Of a stretch of DNA of 64,000 nucleotides, positions 47,253-57,163 are shown piece after piece. Within the stretch, counting starts at the first letter, position 1, and the number at the start of each line of letters is the position of its first letter. A model generated the notes under the pieces. That model did no database searches and was not told the origin of the DNA. It worked only from the letters and a program-made list of their open reading frames with translations. The DNA comes from Flavobacterium sp. (GTDB taxonomy: Bacteria; Bacteroidota; Bacteroidia; Flavobacteriales; Flavobacteriaceae), in NCBI RefSeq assembly GCF_031381455.1, contig NZ_JANMXZ010000048.1, forward strand, positions 16,972-80,971, in the 5' to 3' direction. The position numbers were made by a program, and so were the translations under genes.

Positions 47253-48140
47253 TTATCTAATAACTAATTTTCTTGAAGCTGTTTTTCCTCCTTCAGTAAT
47301 TTGAACTATGTAAACACCAGTATTAAGTGAACCTAAATTAATAGCATTTTCATTTGTAGAAGTGCTTAAAACTTTTTTGCCTAGCACATCATAAACAGTA
47401 ACTTTTTTTTCAGCATTAGCAGAGGTTTCAATAAACAATGTTCCGTTTGTAACCGGGTTCGGATATACTCTTAAACCAGAAATTGAATTCTCACTAACAC
47501 CTAATACACCACTGGAAAAAGTTGCATTGTCTATCCTCCAAGTTCCTCCAGGTCCATAGTTTGATGGAGTTGGAGTTATTGCATATCCAACAGGAGAATA
47601 ATCTGTTCCTGCAGGATCAAAAATAGAAACAATTCTGAAACCAAAATTCGCATTATTACCAGCACCAGAAGGGAATGTTAAGGCTACCATTGGAGTAGCA
47701 GTAAATGAATTGGTTAAAGCTCCATTGTTGTTGCTTAATACAAGCCAGTTTGTACCATCAATCGTGTATTCATATTGTTGAAATCTAGATGATGTATTTG
47801 AACCTCTTGGGTCAAATGTTACATTAATCGGATCTGCAAATCCTACTGTACTTACAGCAAATTGAAAACCAGCTGTACCTGATGCAGTTCCTGCAGCAGG
47901 GAAAGTTTTTACACTGTAAGCTAAATTACCAGCTGCGGTAGGATTACCAGCAGGCATAACTGCTGGAGTGCCAGAAGTGTTATCAACAACACCACCAATT
48001 AACGTAAATGTCCCAGATCCAGTTGTTGGAAGCATTGCAGTAGCTGGAGTAGTATTGTCAAAATTCCATTGCGAAATTGTTGTCTGTCCATAAGAAACAG
48101 AAGTAATTACTAAAAGTAATAAAGAGTAAATTTTTTTCAT
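47253..48140 (-). CDS. secreted protein with T9SS type-A C-terminal sorting domain
   Basis: 295 aa with a signal peptide, a Gly/Thr/Asn-rich beta-rich body, and CTD YPNPVTNGTLFIE...GVYIVQITEGGKTASRKLVIR. Confidence 0.7.
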   Translation of the reverse strand: MKKIYSLLLLVITSVSYGQTTISQWNFDNTTPATAMLPTTGSGTFTLIGGVVDNTSGTPAVMPAGNPTAAGNLAYSVKTFPAAGTASGTAGFQFAVSTVGFADPINVTFDPRGSNTSSRFQQYEYTIDGTNWLVLSNNNGALTNSFTATPMVALTFPSGAGNNANFGFRIVSIFDPAGTDYSPVGYAITPTPSNYGPGGTWRIDNATFSSGVLGVSENSISGLRVYPNPVTNGTLFIETSANAEKKVTVYDVLGKKVLSTSTNENAINLGSLNTGVYIVQITEGGKTASRKLVIR

Positions 48141-48244
48141 TTTTTTTAAATTTAATTAGCCTACAAATATAAGGACAAATTTCAATTATAAAAAAAAAGA
48201 ATGTAAAAAAATGATTAAAAAATGATTAATTTTCAGAAAGGCAA

Positions 48245-48553
48245 CTATCTGACAATTAGTTTTCTGGTGGCAGTAGTGTCGCCTTCAGTAATTTTGATTA
48301 TATAAACACCAGGTGGGATAGAAGCAATGTTTAATTCGCGAGATGATATAGTAGTTTGTAAAACTTTTTTACCTAACACATCAAATATCGAAATTTCTTT
48401 ATCCAAAGAAGTTTTTGAAGTAATGTATATCTTACCATTACTTACCGGATTTGGATAAAAACCAAGGGATTCGATGGGCTGCTTTCCATCTTGCGCAAAG
48501 CTGACAAGAGAAAACATAAGGAATACAGTTATTATAAAGTAATTTTTTTTCAT
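48245..48553 (-). CDS. mini-protein consisting of signal peptide plus T9SS type-A sorting domain only
   Basis: 102 aa. After the signal peptide ...SLVSFAQ only about 10 residues precede FYPNPVSNGKIYI...GVYIIKITEGDTTATRKLIVR. Confidence 0.6.
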   Translation of the reverse strand: MKKNYFIITVFLMFSLVSFAQDGKQPIESLGFYPNPVSNGKIYITSKTSLDKEISIFDVLGKKVLQTTISSRELNIASIPPGVYIIKITEGDTTATRKLIVR

Positions 48554-48605
48554 GACTTCAATTTGGTTATTACAAATATATAAAATTTATTTCAAATAGT
48601 ATACC

Positions 48606-48640
48606 AAAAAAAAACATCCTGAATTTTTCAGGATGTTTTT
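48606..48640 (-). terminator. intrinsic terminator
   Basis: aaaacatcctga-atttt-tcaggatgtttt with flanking A and T runs. Confidence 0.7.
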
Positions 48641-48659
48641 AACATTTATAAAGATTTCT

Positions 48660-49844
48660 TTATTGTATTAAGTTAACTCCGCCCACAGTTGACCATGCGC
48701 CTGTAGTTAAGGAAGCTCCAGTAGCAGTGGTGCTTGTGGTGAATTGTCCGCTTGGTAGCGAAACAGAAATAGCTCCTGTTGCACCAACAGGATTAGTTTG
48801 AGTTGTGTTTGATATTTTAACGTTTGTCAATTTGATTTTAGAACCATTGACTTGATTAGTGTTAGTTGTTGCATCTTGGATTTTTACAGCTGCACCTTGA
48901 TAAACATTGGCACCTTCAGTATAATTTCCATATCCATCAACAATTACATTACTAAAATCTCCGTTTCCTTCTTTTTTAAATTGGAATGCATCAACTTGGA
49001 TATCACCAGCAACTTCTGGCGTACAACCTGCGGCTCTTTTTAGCGTAACGTTAGTCACTTTTGGCCAAAATGCATTATTGTTATTAGAACATTCTATTTC
49101 CATACCGAAATTTCCTTTTGTAACTTGTAAAGCATACCAGTTAGAATTGTTTTGGCCTTGCCATCCATCTTGCCAGTCAAAAGCATCATCATAATTTCCA
49201 TAAGAAATAGCATTAGTCATGCTTACTGTTCCTCCAAAAAATTCATAACCATCGTCAGCACCTTTATAAGATACCAAGTGATCTAATGTAGTTCCGGAAC
49301 CACAAGAATAAAAAGTAAATCCGTTATTTTCTTTTGTTCCGTCAGCCAATTTAGCCCCAGCATATTCTACTCTAACATAGTTTAATGAACCACCATTGTG
49401 CGTTGGGTTTGTCCCTCCGTATGGTAAAGCATTTCCATCTTCTGAAGTTGAGGTAGTTACACCACCAATAGCTTTTATCGGAGCATCACCATACACTATA
49501 ATTCCACCCCAAGAACCAGGAATTCCAGATTTTTCAGTAAATACAACTGGCAAAGCAGAAGTTCCGTTGATGATAAGTTTCCCACCATTTAAGACTACTA
49601 AGGCATTGTCTCCTGTTATTTTGTCGCAAGTAATTGTTGATCCAGCATCAAAAGTAACGGTTACACCAGCATTAATTTTTACAATTCCTTTTAAGGTATA
49701 AGTTCCTAACGGATACGTTTTGTCAACAGTTATTGGCCCTGTAATTTCGCCTGTAACCGGTTGTGCACTCGAATTGTCATCACTACTTGTACATGCAGTG
49801 AAAGTTGAAGCTAGAATTGCTAAGCTTAAGATTAATTTTTTCAT
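48660..49844 (-). CDS. surface lipoprotein, beta-helix-like, partner of upstream TonB-dependent receptor
   Basis: 394 aa with lipobox LASTFTACTS and repetitive G/T/N-rich beta strands (GGKLIINGTS, GGTVSMTNAISYGN). Confidence 0.55.
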   Translation of the reverse strand: MKKLILSLAILASTFTACTSSDDNSSAQPVTGEITGPITVDKTYPLGTYTLKGIVKINAGVTVTFDAGSTITCDKITGDNALVVLNGGKLIINGTSALPVVFTEKSGIPGSWGGIIVYGDAPIKAIGGVTTSTSEDGNALPYGGTNPTHNGGSLNYVRVEYAGAKLADGTKENNGFTFYSCGSGTTLDHLVSYKGADDGYEFFGGTVSMTNAISYGNYDDAFDWQDGWQGQNNSNWYALQVTKGNFGMEIECSNNNNAFWPKVTNVTLKRAAGCTPEVAGDIQVDAFQFKKEGNGDFSNVIVDGYGNYTEGANVYQGAAVKIQDATTNTNQVNGSKIKLTNVKISNTTQTNPVGATGAISVSLPSGQFTTSTTATGASLTTGAWSTVGGVNLIQ

Positions 49845-49981
49845 AAGTTTTGTTGTTTAATTTTCTGGTACAAATGTAAATTTGAGAGAAAGAAAAGAGG
49901 TTATCTAAATATTATAATAGCGTTACGATTCATCTATTAAAAAGTAAATTTATTGTTAAGAACATGATGTTTATATAACAT

Positions 49982-50009
49982 AAAAGCCGTCTTTGAAGGA
50001 CGGCTTTTA
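49982..50009 (-). terminator. intrinsic terminator-like hairpin after TonB receptor gene
   Basis: aaaagccgtc-tttgaag-gacggctttt. Confidence 0.65.
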
Positions 50010-50024
50010 ATAGGATATTAATTT

Positions 50025-52820
50025 TTAAAATGTGTAACTCAAATTTAAAGAAAAGCCAACGCCTTTCTTGTAATTGCTGATTAAGTTCGATGGTTCATTA
50101 ATCGGAGAAGTTCCATCAGTACCCAATTCAAATTTTCTATCTGGGTTTAACAAATTGTCGGCAGCCAATTTCAAATCAAAATGGTCTGATAATTTACTGC
50201 TCCAAACAAAATCCAATTGACTTACCGGAAGCTCATATATGTGATCCAATCCACCAGTCCCGACTGCATATATTCTTTTTCCGAATACAGAATACACTAA
50301 TGAAACTGTATTACTCCATTTTTCACTAAAATTAAATTGGTATTTCAAATCAGAATTCACTAACCATTTTGAAGCACCTTGAAGTTCTCTAGATTTATGC
50401 GTTTCAATAGAATTGGTGACGCTTCCGTCAGGATTAGTTATGGTTGGTTTAACATCTACTTGAGTTTTCATCAATGATGTGTTAAATCCAAAAGAGAAGT
50501 TGGAAAGAGATTTATTAATTCTAGCCAAATCCAATAAAAACTCAATTTCCGCGCCGTATAAATTTGCTTTGTCTGAATTTAAATAAGTAGTTATAGTTGC
50601 ATTAGCAGCATTGGCTATAAAAGTTCTTTCAATTGGATTTTTTATTGATTTTCCAAAAACTCCTACAGCTAACATTTCTTTTGCTGTTGGGAATAATTCG
50701 TATTTCAAATCAACATTAAAGTTATCGCTATTTACCAAAAATGGATTTCCTCTTGTTGAAGTACCATCCGCATTTATATATTCTATAGGATACGCTTCCA
50801 TAATTACCGGTCTCGTATACGTTTGACTTGTTGCAAAACGAAGATTAGCTTTCTCAGTCACTTCATATTTTGCATTCAATGAAGGTAAAACATATAGTTT
50901 ATTTCTATTTATTTTTTGAAAAGGATCATCAAAAGAACCTTGTAATCTGTATTTAGTTTCTCTCAAAGTATTTTCTGCTCTTAAACCACCATTTACTTCC
51001 CATTTTTCAGCAAATTTAAACAATACATTAGCATAACCAGAATTAGCTAACTCCATTAGTTTTGCTTTGTAAGTGGCATTTGAACTTTCTCGGAAACTAA
51101 AAGCATTTTGACTTAAATACTCATTCAATTGTGAATCTAAAGCATTTACCGGAACCGTAAAACTGTTAGGTGCAAAATTGTTAACCGGCGTTATAAAACG
51201 ATACGAAGATTGCATCAAAGACGCGCTTCCGTTATAACCAATAGCCAATTTGTTTTTCTTGTCTTGTCCACCAAATTTCAAGCTGTATTCCAACATTCCC
51301 GATAAATAAATATCGCTTTTAATATCTAAATATTGTTTGATAAAATTGTTACCTGCAATTGATGTTTGAATATTATCACCATCTAATGTTCCTGAAAAGA
51401 ATTTTCTGTCTGGCTGTTGATACGATGTTTTGGCAAATGAACCACCAGTTTTTATCATTTGGTTTTTGTCTTTTGTCAGAGCATATTCTCCCAATAACTG
51501 AGAGTTGAAGTAGTCAGATTGGTCTAATTGATTTGTTCTAATTAAAACTTTGTTATTACTAGCAGTCAAATCAGCATATCCAAATTGATCTTTAATTAAA
51601 TTTTCGGTAGTTCTTAAATAAAAATTATTCCAAGTCAATTTTATTCTGTCGGCGGAATAATTCAACCCAATTAAAGTAGATGTTGAGGTTTTGTATCGGT
51701 ATTCTGTATTGATGAAATCGTTTCTATATACAAATCCGCTAGGGTTATTATTGAAATTTCGTTCTACACCTTTTCTGACACTATAATTATTGTCGGCGTT
51801 TAAGGAAAGTAAATAAGAAAAACTGGCTTCGTTTTTTAATTTAAATTTCTCCGAATGCAAAACACCAAAACTCATGTTCAAAGGCGCTTTTGTCTTTGTA
51901 ACATCAAAACCGCTTTTGAAAGATTGCAACGATTGATCTGGCGTAAAAGTATAGCTGGCGGGTTTCCCACCTAATAATCCCGGCAAAGCTCTGTCGTCTC
52001 CAGTCAAACCAAAGAAACCTTTGCTTCCATCAGCATCCTTAGAAATCAAAAAATCTTTCATATTGTTATCGGTAGTAAAATTTGTTCCGATGCTGATTTT
52101 GGTAATGCTTTTGGTTCCTTTTGAAGTGGCAATGTTAAAAGTTCCACCGGCAAAATCGCCATAAATATTTGGATTGAATGTTTTGTAAACATCAATAACG
52201 CCTACAATATCGGTTGGAAACAAATCCAAAGGAATAATCTTCTTAAATGGATTGTTGGTTGGAGCAGCCAAATCATTAATCAATAGATTATTATAGCGGT
52301 CTTCCAAACCACGAACAAATAAACCTCTTGAACCTACTTTGGTAATTCCGGTAATTTTTGTCAAACCTTCTTCGACATCGCTTACGCCTTTTCTCGACAT
52401 TTCCTGTGCACCAATACTTTGTTTTATTTCGACAGCTTTTTTCTGTTCCAATAACAAAGCGGTTTCTTTTTCGCGGCTTGTTGTGTTTTGAATTACAACA
52501 TCTTTCAGCTGGTAACTTCCGGAACCAAGGGCTTTGTTAAGTGTAACAGTTTCTCCGGCCTTTACTTCAACTTTTTCTTCGATGGATTCATAACCTAAAA
52601 AGCTAAATTGAATCATATAAATTCCGGTATCAACACTAATCGTATATTTCCCGGTTTCATCTGTTGTTACTCCAATGGTAGTTCCTTTAATCACCACATT
52701 GGCAAAAGGAAGTGTTTCATTATTTAAATCTTTATCCGTTAATGTTCCTGTAATAGTTCCTTTTTGTGCAAAACCAATTGCAGTTAAAAGTAAAAAAGTA
52801 ACAATTAATTTAAATTTCAT
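50025..52820 (-). CDS. TonB-dependent receptor with N-terminal CarboxypepD_reg domain
   Basis: Signal peptide MKFKLIVTFLLLTAIGFAQ, GTITGTLTDKD...VVIKGT, a plug region (TKVGSRGLFVRGLEDRYN), and a 22-strand-type barrel ending LNLSYTF. Confidence 0.85.
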   Translation of the reverse strand: MKFKLIVTFLLLTAIGFAQKGTITGTLTDKDLNNETLPFANVVIKGTTIGVTTDETGKYTISVDTGIYMIQFSFLGYESIEEKVEVKAGETVTLNKALGSGSYQLKDVVIQNTTSREKETALLLEQKKAVEIKQSIGAQEMSRKGVSDVEEGLTKITGITKVGSRGLFVRGLEDRYNNLLINDLAAPTNNPFKKIIPLDLFPTDIVGVIDVYKTFNPNIYGDFAGGTFNIATSKGTKSITKISIGTNFTTDNNMKDFLISKDADGSKGFFGLTGDDRALPGLLGGKPASYTFTPDQSLQSFKSGFDVTKTKAPLNMSFGVLHSEKFKLKNEASFSYLLSLNADNNYSVRKGVERNFNNNPSGFVYRNDFINTEYRYKTSTSTLIGLNYSADRIKLTWNNFYLRTTENLIKDQFGYADLTASNNKVLIRTNQLDQSDYFNSQLLGEYALTKDKNQMIKTGGSFAKTSYQQPDRKFFSGTLDGDNIQTSIAGNNFIKQYLDIKSDIYLSGMLEYSLKFGGQDKKNKLAIGYNGSASLMQSSYRFITPVNNFAPNSFTVPVNALDSQLNEYLSQNAFSFRESSNATYKAKLMELANSGYANVLFKFAEKWEVNGGLRAENTLRETKYRLQGSFDDPFQKINRNKLYVLPSLNAKYEVTEKANLRFATSQTYTRPVIMEAYPIEYINADGTSTRGNPFLVNSDNFNVDLKYELFPTAKEMLAVGVFGKSIKNPIERTFIANAANATITTYLNSDKANLYGAEIEFLLDLARINKSLSNFSFGFNTSLMKTQVDVKPTITNPDGSVTNSIETHKSRELQGASKWLVNSDLKYQFNFSEKWSNTVSLVYSVFGKRIYAVGTGGLDHIYELPVSQLDFVWSSKLSDHFDLKLAADNLLNPDRKFELGTDGTSPINEPSNLISNYKKGVGFSLNLSYTF

Positions 52821-53009
52821 TTTAGTGAGTTTAATTTGGTACAAAGAAACCACCGCAATGTAAAGGTCGTGTTACTCTAGCATTACCATTTTGTTCTCTA
52901 ACTATTACCAAATTGTTAACAGATTAAATTACGGTTAACTCCGGTTTCATTTATCAATTCATTTTGTATTATCTTTACATTTACATCCACAAAACAATTG
53001 TGTCCACTT

Positions 53010-53693
53010 ATGAAAAAAAAAGACATCAAGATTTTATTAGTAGATGATGAGCAAGATATCCTAGAAATTGTGGGATATAATCTTTCTCAAGAAGGTTACC
53101 AAATCGTAACCGCTACAAACGGGAAAGAGGCAATATCCAAAGCCAAAAAAGAATTGCCACAACTCATCATTATGGATGTGATGATGCCTGAAATGGACGG
53201 AATGGAAGCGTGTGAAAACATTAGAAAAATGCCTGAATTGAGTAACGTTATCATTACGTTTTTAACAGCACGAAGCGAAGATTACTCTCAAGTAGCCGGA
53301 TTTGATGCCGGTGCCGATGATTATATCACCAAACCAATCAAACCAAAATTATTAGTAAGCAAAGTCAAAGCACTGCTTCGTCGTTTGAAAAGTGACGAGC
53401 ACGCTTCAGAAACCCTCAATGTTGGTGGCATCGAAATCAACAGAGAAGAATATAAAATCATCAAGGAAGGAAAAGAAATTATATTGCCAAGAAAAGAATT
53501 TGAATTGTTTTATCTCTTAGCATCCAAACCCGGTAAAGTATTCAAACGCGAAGAAATTCTGGATAAAGTTTGGGGCAATGAAGTTATCGTTGGCGGAAGA
53601 ACTATCGATGTTCACATTAGAAAACTCCGCGAAAAAATCGGTGAAGATTTATTCAAAACCATCAAAGGTGTTGGCTATAAATTAGAAGTATAA
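53010..53693 (+). CDS. OmpR/PhoB-family response regulator
   Basis: Receiver domain KILLVDDEQD...LIIMDVMMPEMDG...KP, plus a winged-helix C-terminus (RTIDVHIRKLREKI...GVGYKL). Confidence 0.9.
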   Translation: MKKKDIKILLVDDEQDILEIVGYNLSQEGYQIVTATNGKEAISKAKKELPQLIIMDVMMPEMDGMEACENIRKMPELSNVIITFLTARSEDYSQVAGFDAGADDYITKPIKPKLLVSKVKALLRRLKSDEHASETLNVGGIEINREEYKIIKEGKEIILPRKEFELFYLLASKPGKVFKREEILDKVWGNEVIVGGRTIDVHIRKLREKIGEDLFKTIKGVGYKLEV

Positions 53694-54737
53694 ATGAAAA
53701 TAAATTTCAAGAAAACCTATACGTTTGCTTTAATTTCAACGTCTTATATCACTGCTTTTTCTACAGGTTTTCTTTCTATTTTGTTATGGTTTTTCAATGA
53801 ATTTTCATTACCAATTATAATCGTTTTTGCCGTTTCAATTGCTACATTTTCCTTTTTTGTTATCCAATATCGTGTTGAACGATTCATCTATCGAAGGGTA
53901 AAAAAAATCTACGATGATGTTTCTCTTTTAGAATCTACTTCTTTCCGAAATCAGCCTATTACAACCGATATGGAAACGCTGACCAAACAGGTTCAAAAAT
54001 TCGCCACCGATAAAAAACTCGAAATAGAAACTTTAAAAGTTCGTGAAGAATACCGAAGAGAATTTCTTGGAAATATTTCTCATGAGCTCAAAACACCTTT
54101 ATTTACAGTGCAAGGTTACTTATCTACCTTGATCGATGGGGCGATGGATGACAAAAAAATTCGTAAAAAATACCTGGAACGAGCTGAAAAAGGAGTAGAA
54201 AGATTAGTCTATATCGTTGAAGATTTAGATATGATTTCCAAACTCGAAATGGGCGATGTAAACCTGGAAATGTCAAAGTTTAACATTGTTGATTTAGTGC
54301 AGAGTGTTTTCGATTTACTCGAAATGATAGCCGATAAAAAGAACATCATTCTCATGTTTGACAGAAAGTACAATAAAGCAATAAATGTTTTTGCCGATCA
54401 GGAAAAAATTCAACAAGTGCTTTCCAATCTGATAATGAATTCCATAAAATACGGAAAAGAAAATGGCACGACTGAAGTTACCATTGAAGATTTGGTTAAC
54501 GAAAAAATAATCGTTCGCATTCGAGATAATGGCGAAGGAATCGAAAAGCAATATATTCCAAGATTATTCGAACGCTTTTTCAGAGTAGACAAAAGTGGCT
54601 CAAGAAACGAAGGTGGTTCAGGTCTTGGACTTTCTATTGTAAAGCATATTATTGAAGCACACGGCGAAAAAATCTATGTGGAAAGCGAATTTAGTAAAGG
54701 TTCTGAATTTTCATTCACGCTCGAAAAGCACCAATAA
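53694..54737 (+). CDS. sensor histidine kinase (two adjacent TM segments, minimal extracytoplasmic loop)
   Basis: H box ISHELKTPL, N box LIMNSIKYG and G boxes DNGEGI / GGSGLGLSIV. The start abuts the regulator stop codon. Confidence 0.9.
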   Translation: MKINFKKTYTFALISTSYITAFSTGFLSILLWFFNEFSLPIIIVFAVSIATFSFFVIQYRVERFIYRRVKKIYDDVSLLESTSFRNQPITTDMETLTKQVQKFATDKKLEIETLKVREEYRREFLGNISHELKTPLFTVQGYLSTLIDGAMDDKKIRKKYLERAEKGVERLVYIVEDLDMISKLEMGDVNLEMSKFNIVDLVQSVFDLLEMIADKKNIILMFDRKYNKAINVFADQEKIQQVLSNLIMNSIKYGKENGTTEVTIEDLVNEKIIVRIRDNGEGIEKQYIPRLFERFFRVDKSGSRNEGGSGLGLSIVKHIIEAHGEKIYVESEFSKGSEFSFTLEKHQ

Positions 54738-55775
54738 CTGTTTCCAGTCGATTTCCTTTTTAAGTTGCGGTAAACCTCCGTAGATGGGAACTTCCAGTAA
54801 ATTTTCTATAATAAAATCATCTTGTTTTGCATAAGGTATAAACCCATTTCGTTTTAATCTTTTTGCCAAATATTCTTGTTCAAATTGCCCAGGAGTTGGT
54901 ATAAAAAATGCCTTCTTTTGTAGTTTTGCCAAATCCATAACCGTTGTATAACCTGAACGACAAAGTACCATTACACTTTCGTTAAAAGCGGTTTCAAGTT
55001 CTGACGAAGTCATGAAATTATAATAAGTAACATTTCCGTCTTCTTTTGTTTTTTGTTGAGTTTCAATTATTCCTTTGATGAAAAGTACTTTTCCCTTAAA
55101 TGATTGAATTTTATATATTAGTTTTTCTTCCAAAAAAGTACGCTGAGGTTCAGGTCCTGATAGTATAACCATCAAATCGTATTTAATTGGAAGGTCTTTC
55201 TTCTCTAATCGGCTTAATGGGCCAAGATATTTTAGATTTAGCGAACTGTTTTTCAAATGCCCAAGTTTCCCAGTCAGATTTGGGTTTTCTTTTATATCAG
55301 GAATCCAGCATTCTGTAAATTTTTTGATAAAATGTTGGTGCAACTTACTCGAAATCCAAGTGGTTTTTCCGGACAAAACATTGAGTTGATGCGTCATAAA
55401 TACACTCGGAATCTTCTTGCTGTAAACACCCAAACGATTATCCGAAATAATGCCTTGCAGATTAAATTCAACAATCCATTTTTTGACAATTTTCCTTTCA
55501 GCAAAAATCGCTTCAATCATTTTTGGACTGTTCTTAATTAACTTCCATTTGAAATCGGCTCCGTTTTTGGCATATTCAATTTCATAGGAAGGCAATTCCA
55601 ATGATTGCAAATGCGGGAATTCCTTTTGAAGCAGTTGCAAAGCCACGCCATCGGAAGCAATAATCGGAGTAAAACCATTTTTCTCTAATTCGCGAATAAT
55701 AGGAATACAGCGTGTAGCGTGACCTAAACCCCAATTTAACGGAGCAACAAGAATATTTTTTGTAGAATTTTCCAA
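54711..55775 (-). CDS. GT-B glycosyltransferase (MurG/UDP-glycosyltransferase-like)
   Basis: 354 aa with N-terminal ILVAPLNWGLGHATRCIPIIREL and a C-terminal nucleotide-sugar-binding-like half. Confidence 0.65.
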   Translation of the reverse strand: MENSTKNILVAPLNWGLGHATRCIPIIRELEKNGFTPIIASDGVALQLLQKEFPHLQSLELPSYEIEYAKNGADFKWKLIKNSPKMIEAIFAERKIVKKWIVEFNLQGIISDNRLGVYSKKIPSVFMTHQLNVLSGKTTWISSKLHQHFIKKFTECWIPDIKENPNLTGKLGHLKNSSLNLKYLGPLSRLEKKDLPIKYDLMVILSGPEPQRTFLEEKLIYKIQSFKGKVLFIKGIIETQQKTKEDGNVTYYNFMTSSELETAFNESVMVLCRSGYTTVMDLAKLQKKAFFIPTPGQFEQEYLAKRLKRNGFIPYAKQDDFIIENLLEVPIYGGLPQLKKEIDWKQLLVLFERE

Positions 55776-55861
55776 GTAGTGAAATTACGGTTTTAACATT
55801 GCAAAGTAAAAAAGATTTTGAATAGTTTATATTTCCTTAATTTTACCAAAAAATTAAGTTT

Positions 55862-56536
55862 GTGGGAAGTAAGAATAAATTAAAACGGTTTAAGGAAAAC
55901 GAAACTTTTGAAAATGTTTTTCAACCAACAAGAGAAGAGGTGGTTGGCGGAGAATTTCCACTAAAAGGGAAATGGAATAAAGAATTTTTCAAAAATGACA
56001 ATCCGATAATTATTGAACTCGGTTGTGGTAAAGGCGAATATTCTGTTGGCTTGGCAGAGCGTTATCAAGATAAAAATTTTGTTGGAATCGATATAAAAGG
56101 CGCAAGATTCTGGCGTGGCGCTAAAACAGCTGTTGATGGCGGTATGTTCAATGTGGCTTTTGTCCGCACACAAATTGAGTTAATCAATTTTATTTTTGCC
56201 GAAAATGAAGTAGACGAAATCTGGATTACTTTCCCCGATCCGCAAATCAAATACAAACGCACCAAACATCGAATGACCAACTCGGAGTTTTTGAAGTTGT
56301 ACAAAAAAATCCTGAAACCAAACGGTGTTGTAAATCTCAAAACCGATAGCGAATTCATGCACGGTTACACGCTTGGATTGTTGCATGGTGAAGGTCACGA
56401 AGTCTTGTATGCCAACCACAATGTTTATAAAAATGAAGGTGCACCAGAAGTGGTAACAGCTATTCAAACTTTTTACGAAAATCAATATTTGGAAATCAAC
56501 AAGGCAATTACGTATATTCGTTTCAAAATCAAATAA
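55862..56536 (+). CDS. trmB: tRNA (guanine46-N7)-methyltransferase
   Basis: GTG start, IIELGCGKGEY SAM motif and ITFPDPQIK. A TAAGTTTG box overlaps the start codon. Confidence 0.85.
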   Translation: MGSKNKLKRFKENETFENVFQPTREEVVGGEFPLKGKWNKEFFKNDNPIIIELGCGKGEYSVGLAERYQDKNFVGIDIKGARFWRGAKTAVDGGMFNVAFVRTQIELINFIFAENEVDEIWITFPDPQIKYKRTKHRMTNSEFLKLYKKILKPNGVVNLKTDSEFMHGYTLGLLHGEGHEVLYANHNVYKNEGAPEVVTAIQTFYENQYLEINKAITYIRFKIK

Positions 56537-57163
56537 ATGCAGTTTTTTTTACCACTTATTTTAGGTTTTAGTATTGCTTTTTTGGCGGTTATTCTTCCGG
56601 GTTTAATCAACATGACAGCAGCAAAAATAAGTACCCAGGAAGGTAAAATTGTAGCGGTAAGTTTTGCTGGCGGAGCTTCAGTAATCATATTTTTTCAAAC
56701 ATTCATTGCCGTATTATTTGCCCGATTTATAAGCATACACCAGGAAATTGTTTCCACACTTCAGGAAATTGGCATTTTTGTTTTTTTATTACTAAGTATC
56801 TATTTTTTCTGGATTGCCAAAAAGCCAAAGAAAATAAAAACGGATAGCAAAGTCAAAGGAAAATCGAACCGTTTCTTTTTGGGAATGCTTTTGTCTACAC
56901 TTAATTTGTTACCCATTCCATTCTATGTTTTTGCTAGCATGAGTTTGGCGGCTTCGGGCTATTTTAGTTTTGATAAAATTCCGGTTTCATCTTTTGTGAT
57001 TGGAGTTGTCTGCGGTTCGTTTACTGTTTTTTACATCTACATTGTAGCATTCAAAAAGATTGAAAAGAAAACAGAATTTCTGATGCGAAACATTAATACC
57101 ATCATCGGTTCGGTAACTACTTTTATGGCGGTTGTGACACTTTTTAAATTGCTGTATAAATAA
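56537..57163 (+). CDS. LysE/RhtB-type amino-acid exporter family protein
   Basis: 208 aa with about 6 TM segments and an N-terminal PGLINM-like motif. Confidence 0.65.
   Translation: MQFFLPLILGFSIAFLAVILPGLINMTAAKISTQEGKIVAVSFAGGASVIIFFQTFIAVLFARFISIHQEIVSTLQEIGIFVFLLLSIYFFWIAKKPKKIKTDSKVKGKSNRFFLGMLLSTLNLLPIPFYVFASMSLAASGYFSFDKIPVSSFVIGVVCGSFTVFYIYIVAFKKIEKKTEFLMRNINTIIGSVTTFMAVVTLFKLLYK

Noticed and set aside
47253-52820. Polysaccharide utilisation locus (SusC/SusD)
   Set aside because: No SusD-like lipoprotein or glycoside hydrolase is present. The receptor is followed by a beta-helix-like lipoprotein instead, so it is not a canonical PUL.
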